DNA of 63,468 nucleotides, the filler included, from Octopus bimaculoides (Eukaryota), in assembly GCF_001194135.2 (NCBI RefSeq). It is 6 parts of 6 records of this genome, joined end to end, with 100 filler letters (N's around TTAATTAATTAA, not from the genome) between each part and the next. Parts side by side here need not be neighbours in the genome. Positions count along the whole stretch, not along the records: positions 1 to 23,821 come from NC_069006.1; 5 more parts are not named here. One strand, given 5' to 3'. Within the stretch, counting starts at the first letter, position 1. Each line of letters begins with the position of its first letter. Under the pieces are notes generated by a model that saw nothing but the letters and a program-made list of their open reading frames with translations, did no database searches and had not been told where the DNA came from. A program made the translations under genes and the position numbers. Of the stretch, positions 1 through 11,799 are shown one piece after another.

Positions 1-48
1 CAGCTACCACTCTATGTACAGCCCTTGTGGCTAATTCAATGAAATAGA

Positions 49-192
49 GTAGCTTGCTTACGAACCACATGGTTCCGAGTTCATTCCCACTCCGTGGCAC
101 CTTGAGCAAGTGTCTTCTACTATAGCCTCGGGCCGACCAGAGCCTTGTGAGTGGATTTGGTAGATGGAAACTGAAAGAAGCCCGTTGTATAT

Positions 193-242
<50 letters not shown>

Positions 243-424
243 GTGTTTGTGTGTGTGTGCATGTGTGTCTGTGTTTGACAACCGATGGTGGTGTGTTTAC
301 GTCCCCGTAAACACCGATAGTATAAGTACTAGGCTTCCAAAGAATAAGTCCTGGAGTCGATTTGTCGACTAAAGGTGGTGCTCCATCATGGCCGCAGCCA
401 AATGACTAAAACAAGTAAAAGAGT
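49..424 (+). mobile_element. tRNA-derived SINE, family A (most abundant SINE here), missing first ~20 nt
   Basis: Head ..tagcttgcttacgaaccacatggttccgagttcattccc (B-box-like), body ttgagcaagtgtcttctactatagcctcgggccgacc...gaaactgaaagaagcccg, central (TA/TG)n, tail gcagccaaatgactaaaacaagtaaaagag. Matches >15 other copies in the window. Nt 1-48 are the 3' tail of a family-B SINE abutting it. Confidence 0.9.
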
Positions 425-581
425 GGGCCTATCTGTCTGTCTGTCTGTCTGCCGATCAGTATGTCTGTCTATANNNNNNNNNNTGGGCCTATCTGTCTGT
501 CTGTCTGTCTGCCGATCAGTATGTCTGTCTATAGACGCATGAATGTGTGTATATTTGTATGTATGTATGTGTGTGTATGTG

Positions 582-612
<31 letters not shown>

Positions 613-1058
613 ATGTATGCATGTATATATGTATGTATTATGTATATACGTACGTAGGTCTGTGTATGTGTATGTTTGTCTTCAGGAGATCAGGTCAGAC
701 ATGTTACTTCTCTCCTCCACCCAACACCTCTCCCTGCCGGGTTGACATGGTTTCCGCATCCGGCGTTGGAAAGACAGCATGCCGGAAGACGCTGGGGGTG
801 GATGAAAAGAAAGGGTTTTAGTCCCTACAAACAACAAAGAAAGACCAAGGTATAGAAATGATAATAGAAGGTGAAGGGCATGTCTAGGTTGGTGAAAGGG
901 GGTGTTTAACGGGTGGTTAGTGGGGAGGGAGAGGGTAGTTCCAAAATATTTAAACTAATGGAAGAAAAATAAAGAAAAGGGTGTCAATAAAACAGAAGTA
1001 TGGAGGGGTGGTCACGTTTGGATGTATATACGTTAGACACACACATGTCTATCTATGC

Positions 1059-1090
<32 letters not shown>

Positions 1091-1100
1091 NNNNNNNNNN

Positions 1101-1143
<43 letters not shown>

Positions 1144-1224
1144 CAGGTACATATTCATATATGTATTTTTATATGCATACATATGTATACACGCACACAT
1201 ATATACACACATACATACATATAC

Positions 1225-1310
<86 letters not shown>

Positions 1311-1344
1311 ATACATACACGCACACATATATACATACACACAT

Positions 1345-1511
1345 TTATTTACTTGTTTCAGTCACTTGACTGCGGCTATGCTGGAGTACCGCCTTTAGTC
1401 GAGCATAACGATCCCAGGACTTATTCTTTGTAAGCCTAGTACTTATTTTATGNNNNNNNNNNNNNNNNNNNNNNNNNNNNNNNNNNNNNNNNNNNNNNNN
1501 NNNNNNNNNNN

Positions 1512-1542
<31 letters not shown>

Positions 1543-1700
1543 GACGGGCTTCTTTCAGTTTCCGTCTACCAAATCCACTCACAAGGCTTTGGTCGGTCCG
1601 AGGCTATAGTAGAAGACAGTTGCTCCAGGTGCCACGCAGTGGAAATGAACCCGGAACCATGTGGTTGGTAAGCAAGCTACTGACTACACAGCCACATGCA
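1345..1700 (-). mobile_element. SINE family A copy spanning an assembly gap
   Basis: Reverse complement of family A tail (1345-1450) and head (1540-1700). Confidence 0.9.
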
Positions 1701-2693
1701 TAGATGTACATGTATATATTTGTTTGGGATTTTGCGTTGATGCATCAAAGAACCGACCCAACGTTTCCTCGGCAAGTCTTAAAAGAGGTTGTGGTAGGAC
1801 TTGCACTTCAGTCATAAAACCCTCACCAGCAACGACTACCCCTACAAACAGACCCGGGAATTGGAGGGTTGTGGCTTGTGTGGTGCAAAGACGTCATCCA
1901 CCAGGAGCTGTAGGGAGACACCAACAAATGCTAGATGCAGCGATTCGCTGTCATAGCGCATGCTCCTATACTACTGCTTCTTTTTCGTCTTCTACTACCA
2001 CTACCCATAATGAAAGTCCGGCATCTTGCCTTCACTCTCAAGTTCCTATTGTCATAATTTCATTGACGGCATCTTGAGTTTCAGATTCATTTTTGGAGAG
2101 TTCTTTAATGTCATTTTAATAGCAAAATAGATAAAGACAAAACAAACTACGTAACTAAATTATAATTTCGTTGTTAGTAGCGACTTATTGTTACATTTTG
2201 GTCAAATAAATTCCTGCCTTTCCGTCTTGAAGCCAGAAATTCTTCGGACAACGACGACAAAAACTTTCAAATGCTCTTCAGTAAAAAAAAAACAAAAACT
2301 GTTTGGTCCCAGATGTTCTTGTTGGCTGTATTGCAGATCTGTTCAAGATCCCTCCTCCACAGCACTTTAAACACTGTCGTTTTCTTTATTTACGGAAACT
2401 AATCCATCATTGAGAGAAGGGGAATAAACATTAGATCATCACATTAGACAGGTCAATGTGCTAAATAAAGTTTGGATGCGCCATCTTGTGTTTGTTCATT
2501 ACAGAAAGCCCAGTTATTGTTATCAACACCACTAAACTAACAGTCAATATCGCAATCTCTTTGTTCTCTCTTTATCATGAATCCGGCAAATAGTATCGAT
2601 CGTCTGCTGTTGTTCAATCAGTCACGTAGTGCACTTGAACCTACAGAATACATTCAATGTGGTGCACACTGCCTGTCTACGTCACAGAAAATA

Positions 2694-2943
2694 CAGTAGT
2701 ACCTCGTTTTACGAGAGCTCGGGTTTACGAGTCTTATTTCATAATAATTATAATAATTATGAAAAGGTTAAACAGTCATTTCATGTGTGACAATGTCACA
2801 ACATGTGGCAACACTGGTTCTAATGCGACGGAGTAAAATGGCGGCATAAAATTTCATTGCTACTATGGGAAATTATTGCTTTACTTTACAAGTTCCCACT
2901 TTACGAGCGATCTCCAGGGAGATCGTATATCGATGCATTATTG
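2694..2943. mobile_element. pogo/Tigger-type MITE (~250 bp)
   Basis: Imperfect TIRs (TA)cagtagtacctcgttttacga ... tcgtatatcgatgcattattg(TA), 17/23 match counting the TA, TA target duplication. Confidence 0.6.
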
Positions 2944-4050
2944 TATACATATGGTTCAGAACAGTGTCAGCTGAGTACAGAGCAGTAATAAGAAATTAAA
3001 AGGACAAGGGAGTAAGAAATTATGTTGTGAACTTCATTAGCTTACAGTTGTTTCTACAATAAGGTGCAATGCACTCTTGCGTGTTTGTGTATCACCTTAT
3101 AGGTTCATCAGAGCTTGAATGAGGTTCATGACATAATTTCTTATCGCCTTGTCATTTTAATTTCTATACACTGTGTATGTATTTCATTTGTGTCAGTTTC
3201 GTAGATGTGTCTTAGTTGTAAAAATATCATCGACATAATAGAAACTGTACGGATGGTTTTTTTTCCATTCGGGTATCGTGGTGATTAAATGACCAGAATC
3301 TGAATCGATTTTATGAAAAATGCAAAATAAAGAAAAAGATAATAAACAATAGAAAAAGAGAGAAAAGTGATCTCATTTGAAAAATATTGTACGTGCCACT
3401 AAAAAAGGAAAGTTTTGAAATCAGCATCAAAAACATTTCCTAGTGCAAGAAAAATAATCCCCAATTGAAATTCTATGTTGACCAATGTTAAAAATGTTGA
3501 CTGTCGATAAAATGGCGTCTAAGAGAAAGAGCGGTTGTCGGTTAAATTCATCGAAAAGCAGCGTCAGTTCTTAAAAGGCGACATTTCAAAACAAACGAGT
3601 GATGTTTTCTCAGCCAGTTGTAGGAAATATAAACACAGTTCTAAGAGGGATAAAACAAAACATTGAACGCGAAAGAGATTGTAAAAAGTGACAGCTTGTC
3701 GTCTTGCTCGCCATGACTGGTTGAAAGCAGACGAATGATATCTAATGACGTCATAGCATGAGGCCTATAGAGACGCTTATATATATATGCAGATATATAT
3801 ATATATANNNNNNNNNNNNNNNNNNNNNNNNNNNNNNNNNNNNNNNNNNNNNNNNNNNNNNNNNNNNNNNNNNNNNNNNNNNNNNNNNNNNNNNNNNNNN
3901 NNNNNNNNNNNNNNNNNNNNNNNNNNNNNNNNNNNNNNNNNNNNNNNNNNNNNNNNNNNNNNNNNNNNNNNNNNNNNNNNNNNNNNNNNNNNNNNNNNNN
4001 NNNNNNNNNNNNNNNNNNNNNNNNNNNNNNNNNNNNNNNNNNNNNNNNNN

Positions 4051-4985
4051 NGAAACTTTAAGGCGTTTCCATTAGTTTCTCCAACCTTTATATATACACA
4101 CAAATTTATTTTAATATGGGGCTGGACCGCCATTGGAAGTAATTACACCTTGAATTCTACGAGGTATGGACTCGTACGAAGTTTGAATTGTTTCCAATGG
4201 AAGTTTTGTCCATTCTTCAGCTAAAACAGTCTCCAGTTCTTGTAGTGATGATGGTGGAGGATATTGACTCCTTACTTGTTTTTCTAAAATGCACCATAAA
4301 TGTTCAATAATATTGAGATCTGGGGACTGTGTNNNNNNNNNNCCAGATAAGATGTTCAACGTCACTAGAATGTTCCTTGTGCCATTTAATAACAAATTTA
4401 GCTGTGTGAATTGGTGCATTATCATCCTGAAAGACTGCGTTTCCCTCCGGAAACAGTTCCGCAACCATAGGATGAAATGCTTAAATAGTATTGACTATTA
4501 ATTCTGCCATGGAGGGAAACCATTGGGCTGGCGGATTTCCAAGATATAACCCACCCCCCCCAGGTTATCACAGATCCTCCTCCTAGGTTAGCAGTTAGAA
4601 GAAGGCAGTCTGGGCTAAATTGCAACGTATGTTTTGAAAGTAGCGGTTTTCTAATTGCAGCCCTCCCGTCAAATCCGGCTTTGTGCAGCTCCCAACGAAC
4701 AGTTTTTGTGGAAACTGGGTTCTCGAGGTGGTCATTAAGCTCTGCAGTAATTTTGGGAGTTGTACTTTTGTGATCCTATCTAACAATTCGTGTATCTGTT
4801 CCTATCGGTCCCTATCTGAAAGTTTTGGTCTTCTTCCGGAGTTTGTTTCGACAAGGTTTTTCCCTCTTTCTCAAAGGCTGTCATTACTTTCGAGACAGTA
4901 CTTCTTGATACATCAAACATTTTGGCTNNNNNNNNNNCAAGGCCAGGAGTACTGACGGCCGGAATTGTGCTTTATTGAATTGTGT
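4051..4985 (-). mobile_element. Tc1-family DNA transposon, nearly full-length but frameshifted transposase
   Basis: Minus-strand peptides AKMFDVSRSTVSKVMTAFEKEG and SGRRPKLSDRDR (HTH region), GGGSVITWG, and SPDLNIIEHLWCILEKQV...SIPRRIQGVITSNGGPAPY (typical Tc1 DDE C-terminus), spread over several frames. Confidence 0.93.
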
Positions 4986-5013
4986 TTCTTCTGTCTTCCT
5001 TCTTTCTTCTGTC

Positions 5014-5190
5014 TTCCTTGAAACCAATGTTGGTGTGTTTACGTCCCCGTGACTTAGCGGTTCGGCAAAAGAGACTGATAAATACTAGGCTTAAAAAAAG
5101 TTCTGGGGTCTTTGTTCGACCAAAGCCCTTCCAGGCGATGCTCCAACATGGCCACAGTCAACTGAGTGAAGCAAGTAAAAGAATAAAAGA
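5014..5190 (+). mobile_element. SINE family A, 3' half
   Basis: ggtgtgtttacgtccccgtgacttagcggttcggcaaaagag...caagtaaaagaataaaagaata. Confidence 0.85.
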
Positions 5191-6259
5191 ATATATGCAT
5201 ATACTTAGGCACAGATATACTCACACGCACGCACACACATTCAAAGACATACATAAGCACACTTTTCTATGACACACGCACAGTCAAAGGAATACTCGTG
5301 CCTTATTCGAAAGAGATTCGTCAAATCCGTGTCAGTCTGTACCACTGAGTGGGGGGGGGGTGAAGGTTGTATGACACAAGGCGATGGGGCAAGAGAGAGA
5401 GAGGGGGGAGATAGAGGTTGAGGTGATTGAGGCAGCGGAAGGGATAGGAGAAAATTGGCAGCGGAAGGAAGCGACAGACAAAACGATGANNNNNNNNNNN
5501 NNNNNNNNNNNNNNNNNNNNNNNNNNNNNNNNNNNNNNNNNNNNNNNNNNNNNNNNNNNNNNNNNNNNNNNNNNNNNNNNNNNNNNNNNNNNNNNNNNNN
5601 NNNNNNNNNNNNNNNNNNNNNNNNNNNNNNNNNNNNNNNNNNNNNNNNNNNNNNNNNNNNNNNNNNNNNNNNNNNNNNNNNNNNNNNNNNNNNNNNNNNN
5701 NNNNNNNNNNNNNNNNNNNNNNNNNNNNNNNNNNNNNNNNNNNNNNNNNNNNNNNNNNNNNNNNNNNNNNNNNNNNNNNNNNNNNNNNNNNNNNNNNNNN
5801 NNNNNNNNNNNNNNNNNNNNNNNNNNNNNNNNNAACAAATAGACAAACAGGTTCTCTAATATCAGCATAACGTGTGTGTGTGTATATGTATATATATATA
5901 TATATATATAATTATTTAAAATCATAATTTAGAGTATCTAAGAGATACCATCACGCTGGAAATAGCAGTCAAAGCTTGACTCTAAAACAGCATTAAATGT
6001 CCATACAGCACCAGGAGAGAAGACGAAAAAAAACAAAGTAAACTAGCAAAAATTACTGGATAATTCCAGATCCCGGTTTTTTTTTTTCCGGTTTTTGTGC
6101 TCATATATTGGCCGGGATGAATGAATTGGCATGTGCCACATCGGCCATCACTGCATTTAGATACAGTGAATGAGTGGTCTTTTTTGCTAAGGTCAAACTT
6201 TTAACAATTTTTTTTTCAAGTTTTTAGGCCGTCTTTTACTAAGAACCATATCTCGATCT

Positions 6260-6650
6260 GTGATTCTATCTTTTAATTCATTGCTTTGAGCAATGATTGG
6301 TAAGTTGGCTTTGGCAATGTTGAAGATATTCTGGTGACATGGGTTGTGTGTCACTATAAATGGTATGACTTGATCCAGTTATCCTCTTCTTTCGGTTGTT
6401 CTCAGTTGCTGTGTACCATTTTCTATAAGTAGAGTAAAAATTCTGGCTAAGCAGTATGGAATGTTGCGTTTTGTATGTGGTGGCTAGCACGACTAAAAAA
6501 TTCAGGTGTTGATGTGCGTCCATGTGTTTGTAGTATATATCTGTGGTAATGGTGGTGTCCTTTCTAATTACCATTATATCTAGGAATGGTAATTTGGTAC
6601 TACTCATCTCCTTTGTAGGTTCAGGAGGATATTTACAGCTGAGCACGGTA
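6260..6650 (-). mobile_element. Penelope-like retroelement fragment (RT C-terminal/thumb region), degenerate
   Basis: Peptide KLPFLDIMVIRKDTTITTDIYYKHMDAHQHLNF matches the PLE LPFLD...TDIYYKPTD.HQYL motif; homologous to 43455-44040. Confidence 0.85.
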
Positions 6651-6752
6651 AAATGAAAGGCTTTGCTCAAGAACATAACGTTCTGCCTAGTCTGGAGAGT
6701 CGAACCCGCGATCTAGTGATCGTGAACGCAACGCCCTAACCACTGGGCCACC
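6645..6752 (-). mobile_element. tRNA-headed SINE head fragment (family D-like)
   Basis: Reverse complement gives tggcccagtggttagggcgttgcgttcacgatcactagatcgcgggttcgactctcc (A and B boxes). Confidence 0.75.
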
Positions 6753-6799
6753 CACCTACACATACACGGACGTATATATTGCAAAATGCTCATAGGTAT

Positions 6800-6985
6800 C
6801 GTTGCAACTATTTTTTCGCCCCAGATCAGCCTTAGCCAAGGAGACATATGGTTGAAGACGTTCCCTTTGTGACCATCTTGTTTATATTTCTAGCAGTGTA
6901 TCTAATATTCTTTTGTAAGAAAACAGTGATCTGAGGGAGATTTGGCTGTTATTTCTAGTATGGTGAGCGATCTCATAGCGCCCAC
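6800..6985 (-). repeat. Interspersed repeat family F (tttggctgctatttctagc motif); other copies ~5950-6010, 8830-9040, 22790-22965, 54000-54110
   Basis: Recurrent gagggagatttggctgttatttctag / ctagaaatagcagccaaa motif with shared flanks. Confidence 0.65.
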
Positions 6986-7334
6986 CACATTGGTTCGAGA
7001 AACACAATGGCTGGTAGGTCACGTGGGAGGGATGATGGAAAGGGGACCAAAGCGGGGCTAAAGGTCAAGTGACAACAGGTGGAAGGTTTAAGATAAAAGA
7101 AAAGATAAAGGATGCTGTAACTTAAAAAAGGAACGGTGAGATGTCACGTGATGGCACAGAACATCATTGGTAAGATCATCATCATCATCGTCGTCCCCAC
7201 GACCACTACTATTATCATCATCACCACAATCACTATCATCATCATGAACTGGCCGACACTTGACCGTTCTTGGTTTATGATGAGAGAAGGCGAGGCGAGA
7301 GCGAAGAATTAAAACTGTTATTATTATTATGAAT

Positions 7335-7712
7335 GGATTGATAGAATCGGTGAAGCATCGGACGAAATGCTCGGCAGTATTTCTTCCGGCGTTTTACGTC
7401 TTGAGCTCAAATCCCGTCCAAGTTAACTTTTGCTCTCTTCCTTTCTAGGCTGGCGGAATCATTAGAGCGTTGGAAAGATGCTTTGCGACACTTCTTCCGG
7501 TTTTGAGATCAAATTCATTCTGCTGCTGTCATCTTTTCGAGATTGATGAATACAGAACCAGTTAAGCACTGGGGTTGATGTAATCGACTCCCCCACCCAC
7601 CNNNNNNNNNNNNNNNNNNNNGAACTGATAACATTACAATTTTTAGGGCGGCGAGCTGGCAGAAAATCGTTCGTACGCCGGGCTAAATGCTTAACGGTAT
7701 TTCGTCTGCATT
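7335..7712 (+). mobile_element. Cluster of SINE family B fragments
   Basis: ggcggcgagctggcagaaaatcgttcgtacgccgggctaaatgcttaacggtatttcgtc head and aaccagttaagcactggggttgatgtaatcgact body. Confidence 0.75.
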
Positions 7713-8227
7713 CCAATCTGTTCCATATTTCTGAACCCATTGACGGGTTCGCTGATAGAAGAGAGACCACTACATCTAGGACACTGCCCTCTTCATATCT
7801 AATGCAGTTTGTTCTTCTCTGTCACTTCAACTTGTCTCTTTGTCAGTCAGAGCAACTTCTCTCACGAGAGATGCTTAACACCATTGCTGTATTATCTTGC
7901 GCTGCTTCTCTTACTCTCTCCATTCCCAACGGACGACATGTCTCTTGTAAATTCACTCTGGAATTCAATTATTCTTCACAAACCAATTTTCAGCTTCTCT
8001 GCAAATGGAATGATGTGCCAGACACTGATGCCGTCGAACACACAGACACAAATACTTCTTTCTTTCTCTCTCTTTTACCATGGACTGCAGCTTTCCTCTT
8101 TATTCTCTTCTGGTCTCGCGCCCTCTTCACGCTCTCATTTATCTGTCTCACTCACTCACTCACTCTGTGTATAAGTATCTCTCTCTATATTTTATATGCA
8201 TACACACTATATATGTATATTATATGT

Positions 8228-8573
8228 AGGAATGGCTGAGTGGTAAGTAGCTTGCTTACCAACCACGTGGTTCCGGGTTCAGTCCCACTGCGTGGCACCT
8301 TAGGCCAGTGTCTTCTACTAAAAGCCTCGGGCCGACCAAAGCCTTGTGAGTGGATTTGGTAGACAGAAACTGAAAGAAGCCCGTTGTATATATGTATATA
8401 TATACAACGTGTGTGTGTGCGTGTGTGTATGTTTGTGTGTCTATGTTTGTCTCCCAACATCGCTTGACAACCGATGCTGGTGTGTTTACGTCCCCATAAC
8501 TTAACGGTTCGGCAAAAGAGTCCGATAGAATAAGTACTAGGCTTACAAAGAATAAGTCCTGGGGTCGATTTGC
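8228..8573 (+). mobile_element. SINE family A, young copy, 3' end lost in gap
   Basis: aggaatggctgagtggtaagtagcttgcttaccaaccacgtggttccgggttcagtccc... near-consensus. Confidence 0.92.
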
Positions 8574-10271
8574 NNNNNNNNNNNNNNNNNNNNNNNNNNN
8601 NNNNNNNNNNNNNNNNNNNNNNNNNNNNNNNNNNNNNNNNNNNNNNNNNNNNNNNNNNNNNNNNNNNNNNNNNNNNNNNNNNNNNNNNNNNNNNNNNNNN
8701 NNNNNNNNNNNNNNNNNNNNNNNNNNNNNNNNNNNNNNNNNATACAGAATAGAAAAACCTCTGACACGTTCAACCAGTATCCGAAGTTTGAAACTGTCTA
8801 GTTAAAACGAAAAAAAATTCTCAACTGAGACCATTCCATCTTTTTTCCCCAGACTTAATGGACTCTACGTGCATATCACAGGATAGAGGTTTTTCTATTT
8901 TGTATATAAAAAAGTTTGGCTACTTTTTCTAGCAGGTCATGCAACCACATACAGGCTCCGTCGTTGGTCTGTCTCATTAATAATTTTGCTGTTAATTAGC
9001 CTCAAATCAACCCTGATACAGCAAACATATGATCAGACTTTCCAGCCTTCAGCAAATCGTCTTTAAGGATAATTTAGAACATTACGTACAATGGGCGTGT
9101 GATTTAAGTAGGGGGGATACTTTGGCTGCTATTATTATCGTGTCGAGCGACCTGGTAGAAGCTCTTCCATTGGTTCGAATGCGTGATGAGATTTTTTTCC
9201 ACATATGTATGCATATCATCGGTAGAAGTTAGAGAGTAAGTCAAAAGCTAAGGGTTTCGTGTTGCTATAAAAGCATCTCTGGTTATTAAAGAAGGGTTTT
9301 GGTAGGGGAGATTTTCAGTTTAAATTTTTCTGTTGTCGAAGATTCATCGCACCGGGACCACTCTTCTTGAATAGTAGCCAAATTCACATCAAGAATCTTG
9401 TAAAGCAAATGCAATTACAAAATAAATTGTAATAATGGCGCATAATTCAAACCCATGGTGGGGACGCATTAAAACAATGGAAGAACAGACAAAACAATTC
9501 GTTTCCATTTGTTTTAATCAAAAATATATTATGGATAAACACCATTACTTCTACCACAAACAATAACATCATCATCAACAGTTGTAGTAACCGAAATACC
9601 ATCTCTTCCACCACCATTACAACCACCTCCACCACTACCACCACCTACCACGACGATAACCACTGCCACAACTACCATCACCGCTACCACCACCAGCAGC
9701 GGCGCCTCCACCGCCGCCATATTCGGTAGCCATCCCATCCGTCGTTAGTGAGGCAGCCATGTCTGACCTGCTTGAATGTCGTCTGCCAGACACCATCCAG
9801 TAGAGACAGATGTAGTGATAGTGTTGGAAGGGATTGAGATGAGTGCATATAGGGGACAGACACGTGACACGGCTCACTGTCACATTAGAAAGAGTAAACA
9901 ATAACTATTTGACCCAGTTTAATCTCTCACTCATTCATTCATTCAATCAACTGACTTTATTCAGTCATTCATTTATTCTGTTAATTTACTCATTCTCTCA
10001 TTTAATCATGTATTCATTCATTCATTCATTCATTCTTTCGTTCTTTCATCCCTACAAACCTGTCTTCTATCCTTCCTTCATTCTGTCATTCCTTCATTCT
10101 GTTATTCCTTCATTCTGTCATTCCTTTATATCGTTCGTCTCTTTCGTTCATTCACCAACAAAAACTAAAACTACCCCCTCCCTTTTCATACCTGCTTTAT
10201 CTTGGGGAGATCAGTGTGTATGTGGGCGATTCGTATCGTAAAGGGACGCAATAATAATTTCAATTTTTTTG

Positions 10272-10468
10272 CTATAAGGGCAGCTTGAGGGAGGGGATTA
10301 AGTCGATTGCATCTATCCCAGTGCATAACTGGTACTTACAGTATCGAACCCGAAAGCATGAAATGCAAAGTCGACCTCGGCGGAATTTGAACTCAGAACG
10401 TAAAGACGGACGAAATGCTACAAAGCACTTTGTCCGTCGCGGTAACGATTCAGCCAAGCTCGCCGCCA
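10272..10468 (-). mobile_element. SINE family B
   Basis: Reverse complement starts ggcggcgagcttggctgaatcgttacc..., B-box gagttcaaattcc, body ...aagtaccagttatgcactggg. Confidence 0.88.
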
Positions 10469-11252
10469 AAACAATAATATTGATAATGGTTTCTTTGATT
10501 TTCCACCAGGGCAAAGAATGACGGGGACAATAAAACAAAGAAGAGAAGTATATATGGTATATAATATTAAAAGGAACTAAGAAAAGGGGAGGATGATTGA
10601 GGAGGACCTCTAGGGATAATTGAGGAACCAATCTGTGTAGGATCTTCCTGAACATCAAAGGCAAGTGCCCCTTCCTATACCCTTTCACCAACTTAAAAAA
10701 TCNNNNNNNNNNNNNNNNNNNNNNNNNNNNNNNNNNNNNNNNNNNNNNNNNNNNNNNNNNNTAGGGGTGGATGTTACTGTTGCTTTTAGCCCCAGGAGGA
10801 CATCTCCTCCAGCTGGCTTATCGACACACGACTGTGTCCTGTTTGCCAAGGGAGTTATCCCTCTCACCACGACCAGCAGCACGAACGTATCCGGATTTCA
10901 GGGTTATTTCCCTTCTTCGGCGTTCGACAGCTGATGACCTTGGTGAGAGAGAAAAACCTGGCAAAATCTTATATCTTCTTTTCCATATATATATATATAT
11001 ATAAAAGTGAAGTGTTAAAGAGAAGTCACTAAAAATAGACTCCGCTCTCATCACATCTAGATTCTCCCTCCCTTCGTATAATCTCGTCGCTGACTGTGAT
11101 TGATTAAAGCCAATAGACACACAACCAGACGATGAGGTCTGGTAAGGTCAGACTGGAGCAAACCACACATTTCACTTCAGTCATTTCATCAACGGAACAA
11201 ATGGCCCCTCTACGACATTGTCCGTTTTATTCATTAATGCCATATTTATACT

Positions 11253-11254
<2 letters not shown>

Positions 11255-11309
<55 letters not shown>

Positions 11310-11354
11310 NNNNNNNNNNNNNNNNNNNNNNNNNNNNNNNNNNNNNNNNNNNNN

Positions 11355-11405
<51 letters not shown>
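11255..11405. repeat. (CT)n microsatellite across gap
   Basis: Pure dinucleotide run. Confidence 0.98.
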
Positions 11406-11409
<4 letters not shown>

Positions 11410-11799
11410 CAGTATTTTATTCATTGGCACAACACACTTCCACAGTTTAACTAATCGATACTCAACACTGTGACTCTGCACTCGCCTGACTCCCGATCGA
11501 CCAACATCGTTAAGTCCAGCAAATGGGTTGAGGTGGGGGAGAGTTGGAGAGGCGTTGAGACACGCTGTCAGATACACATATGCATGCAAACATACACATA
11601 TGCATGCATACATATACATTCACATATACATACACACATTCATACATACAGTCATACATGAACACATGCATGCATGCATGAACACATGTATACATACAAA
11701 AGTACGCGTATATAAGTCACTCAGAACATAAAAACGGACGAAATGCGTAAAGCATTTTGTCCGACGCGCCAACAATTCTGCCAGCTCATCTCCTTAAAC

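Noticed and set aside
424-532. 49-bp direct duplication (tgggcctatctgtctg...gtctata) on both sides of a short N run
   Set aside because: Typical unmerged contig overlap at a scaffold gap; cannot be taken as a real tandem duplication.
7802-8239. 145-aa plus-strand ORF with hydrophobic ends
   Set aside because: C-terminal third is CT/TA low-complexity sequence, with no motif and no convincing splice context; consistent with chance.
9286-9396. Minus-strand acceptor followed by ILDVNLATIQEEWSRCDESSTTEKFKLKISPTKTLL*
   Set aside because: Plausible terminal exon but isolated, with a moderate acceptor, no partner exon and no homology; not supportable.
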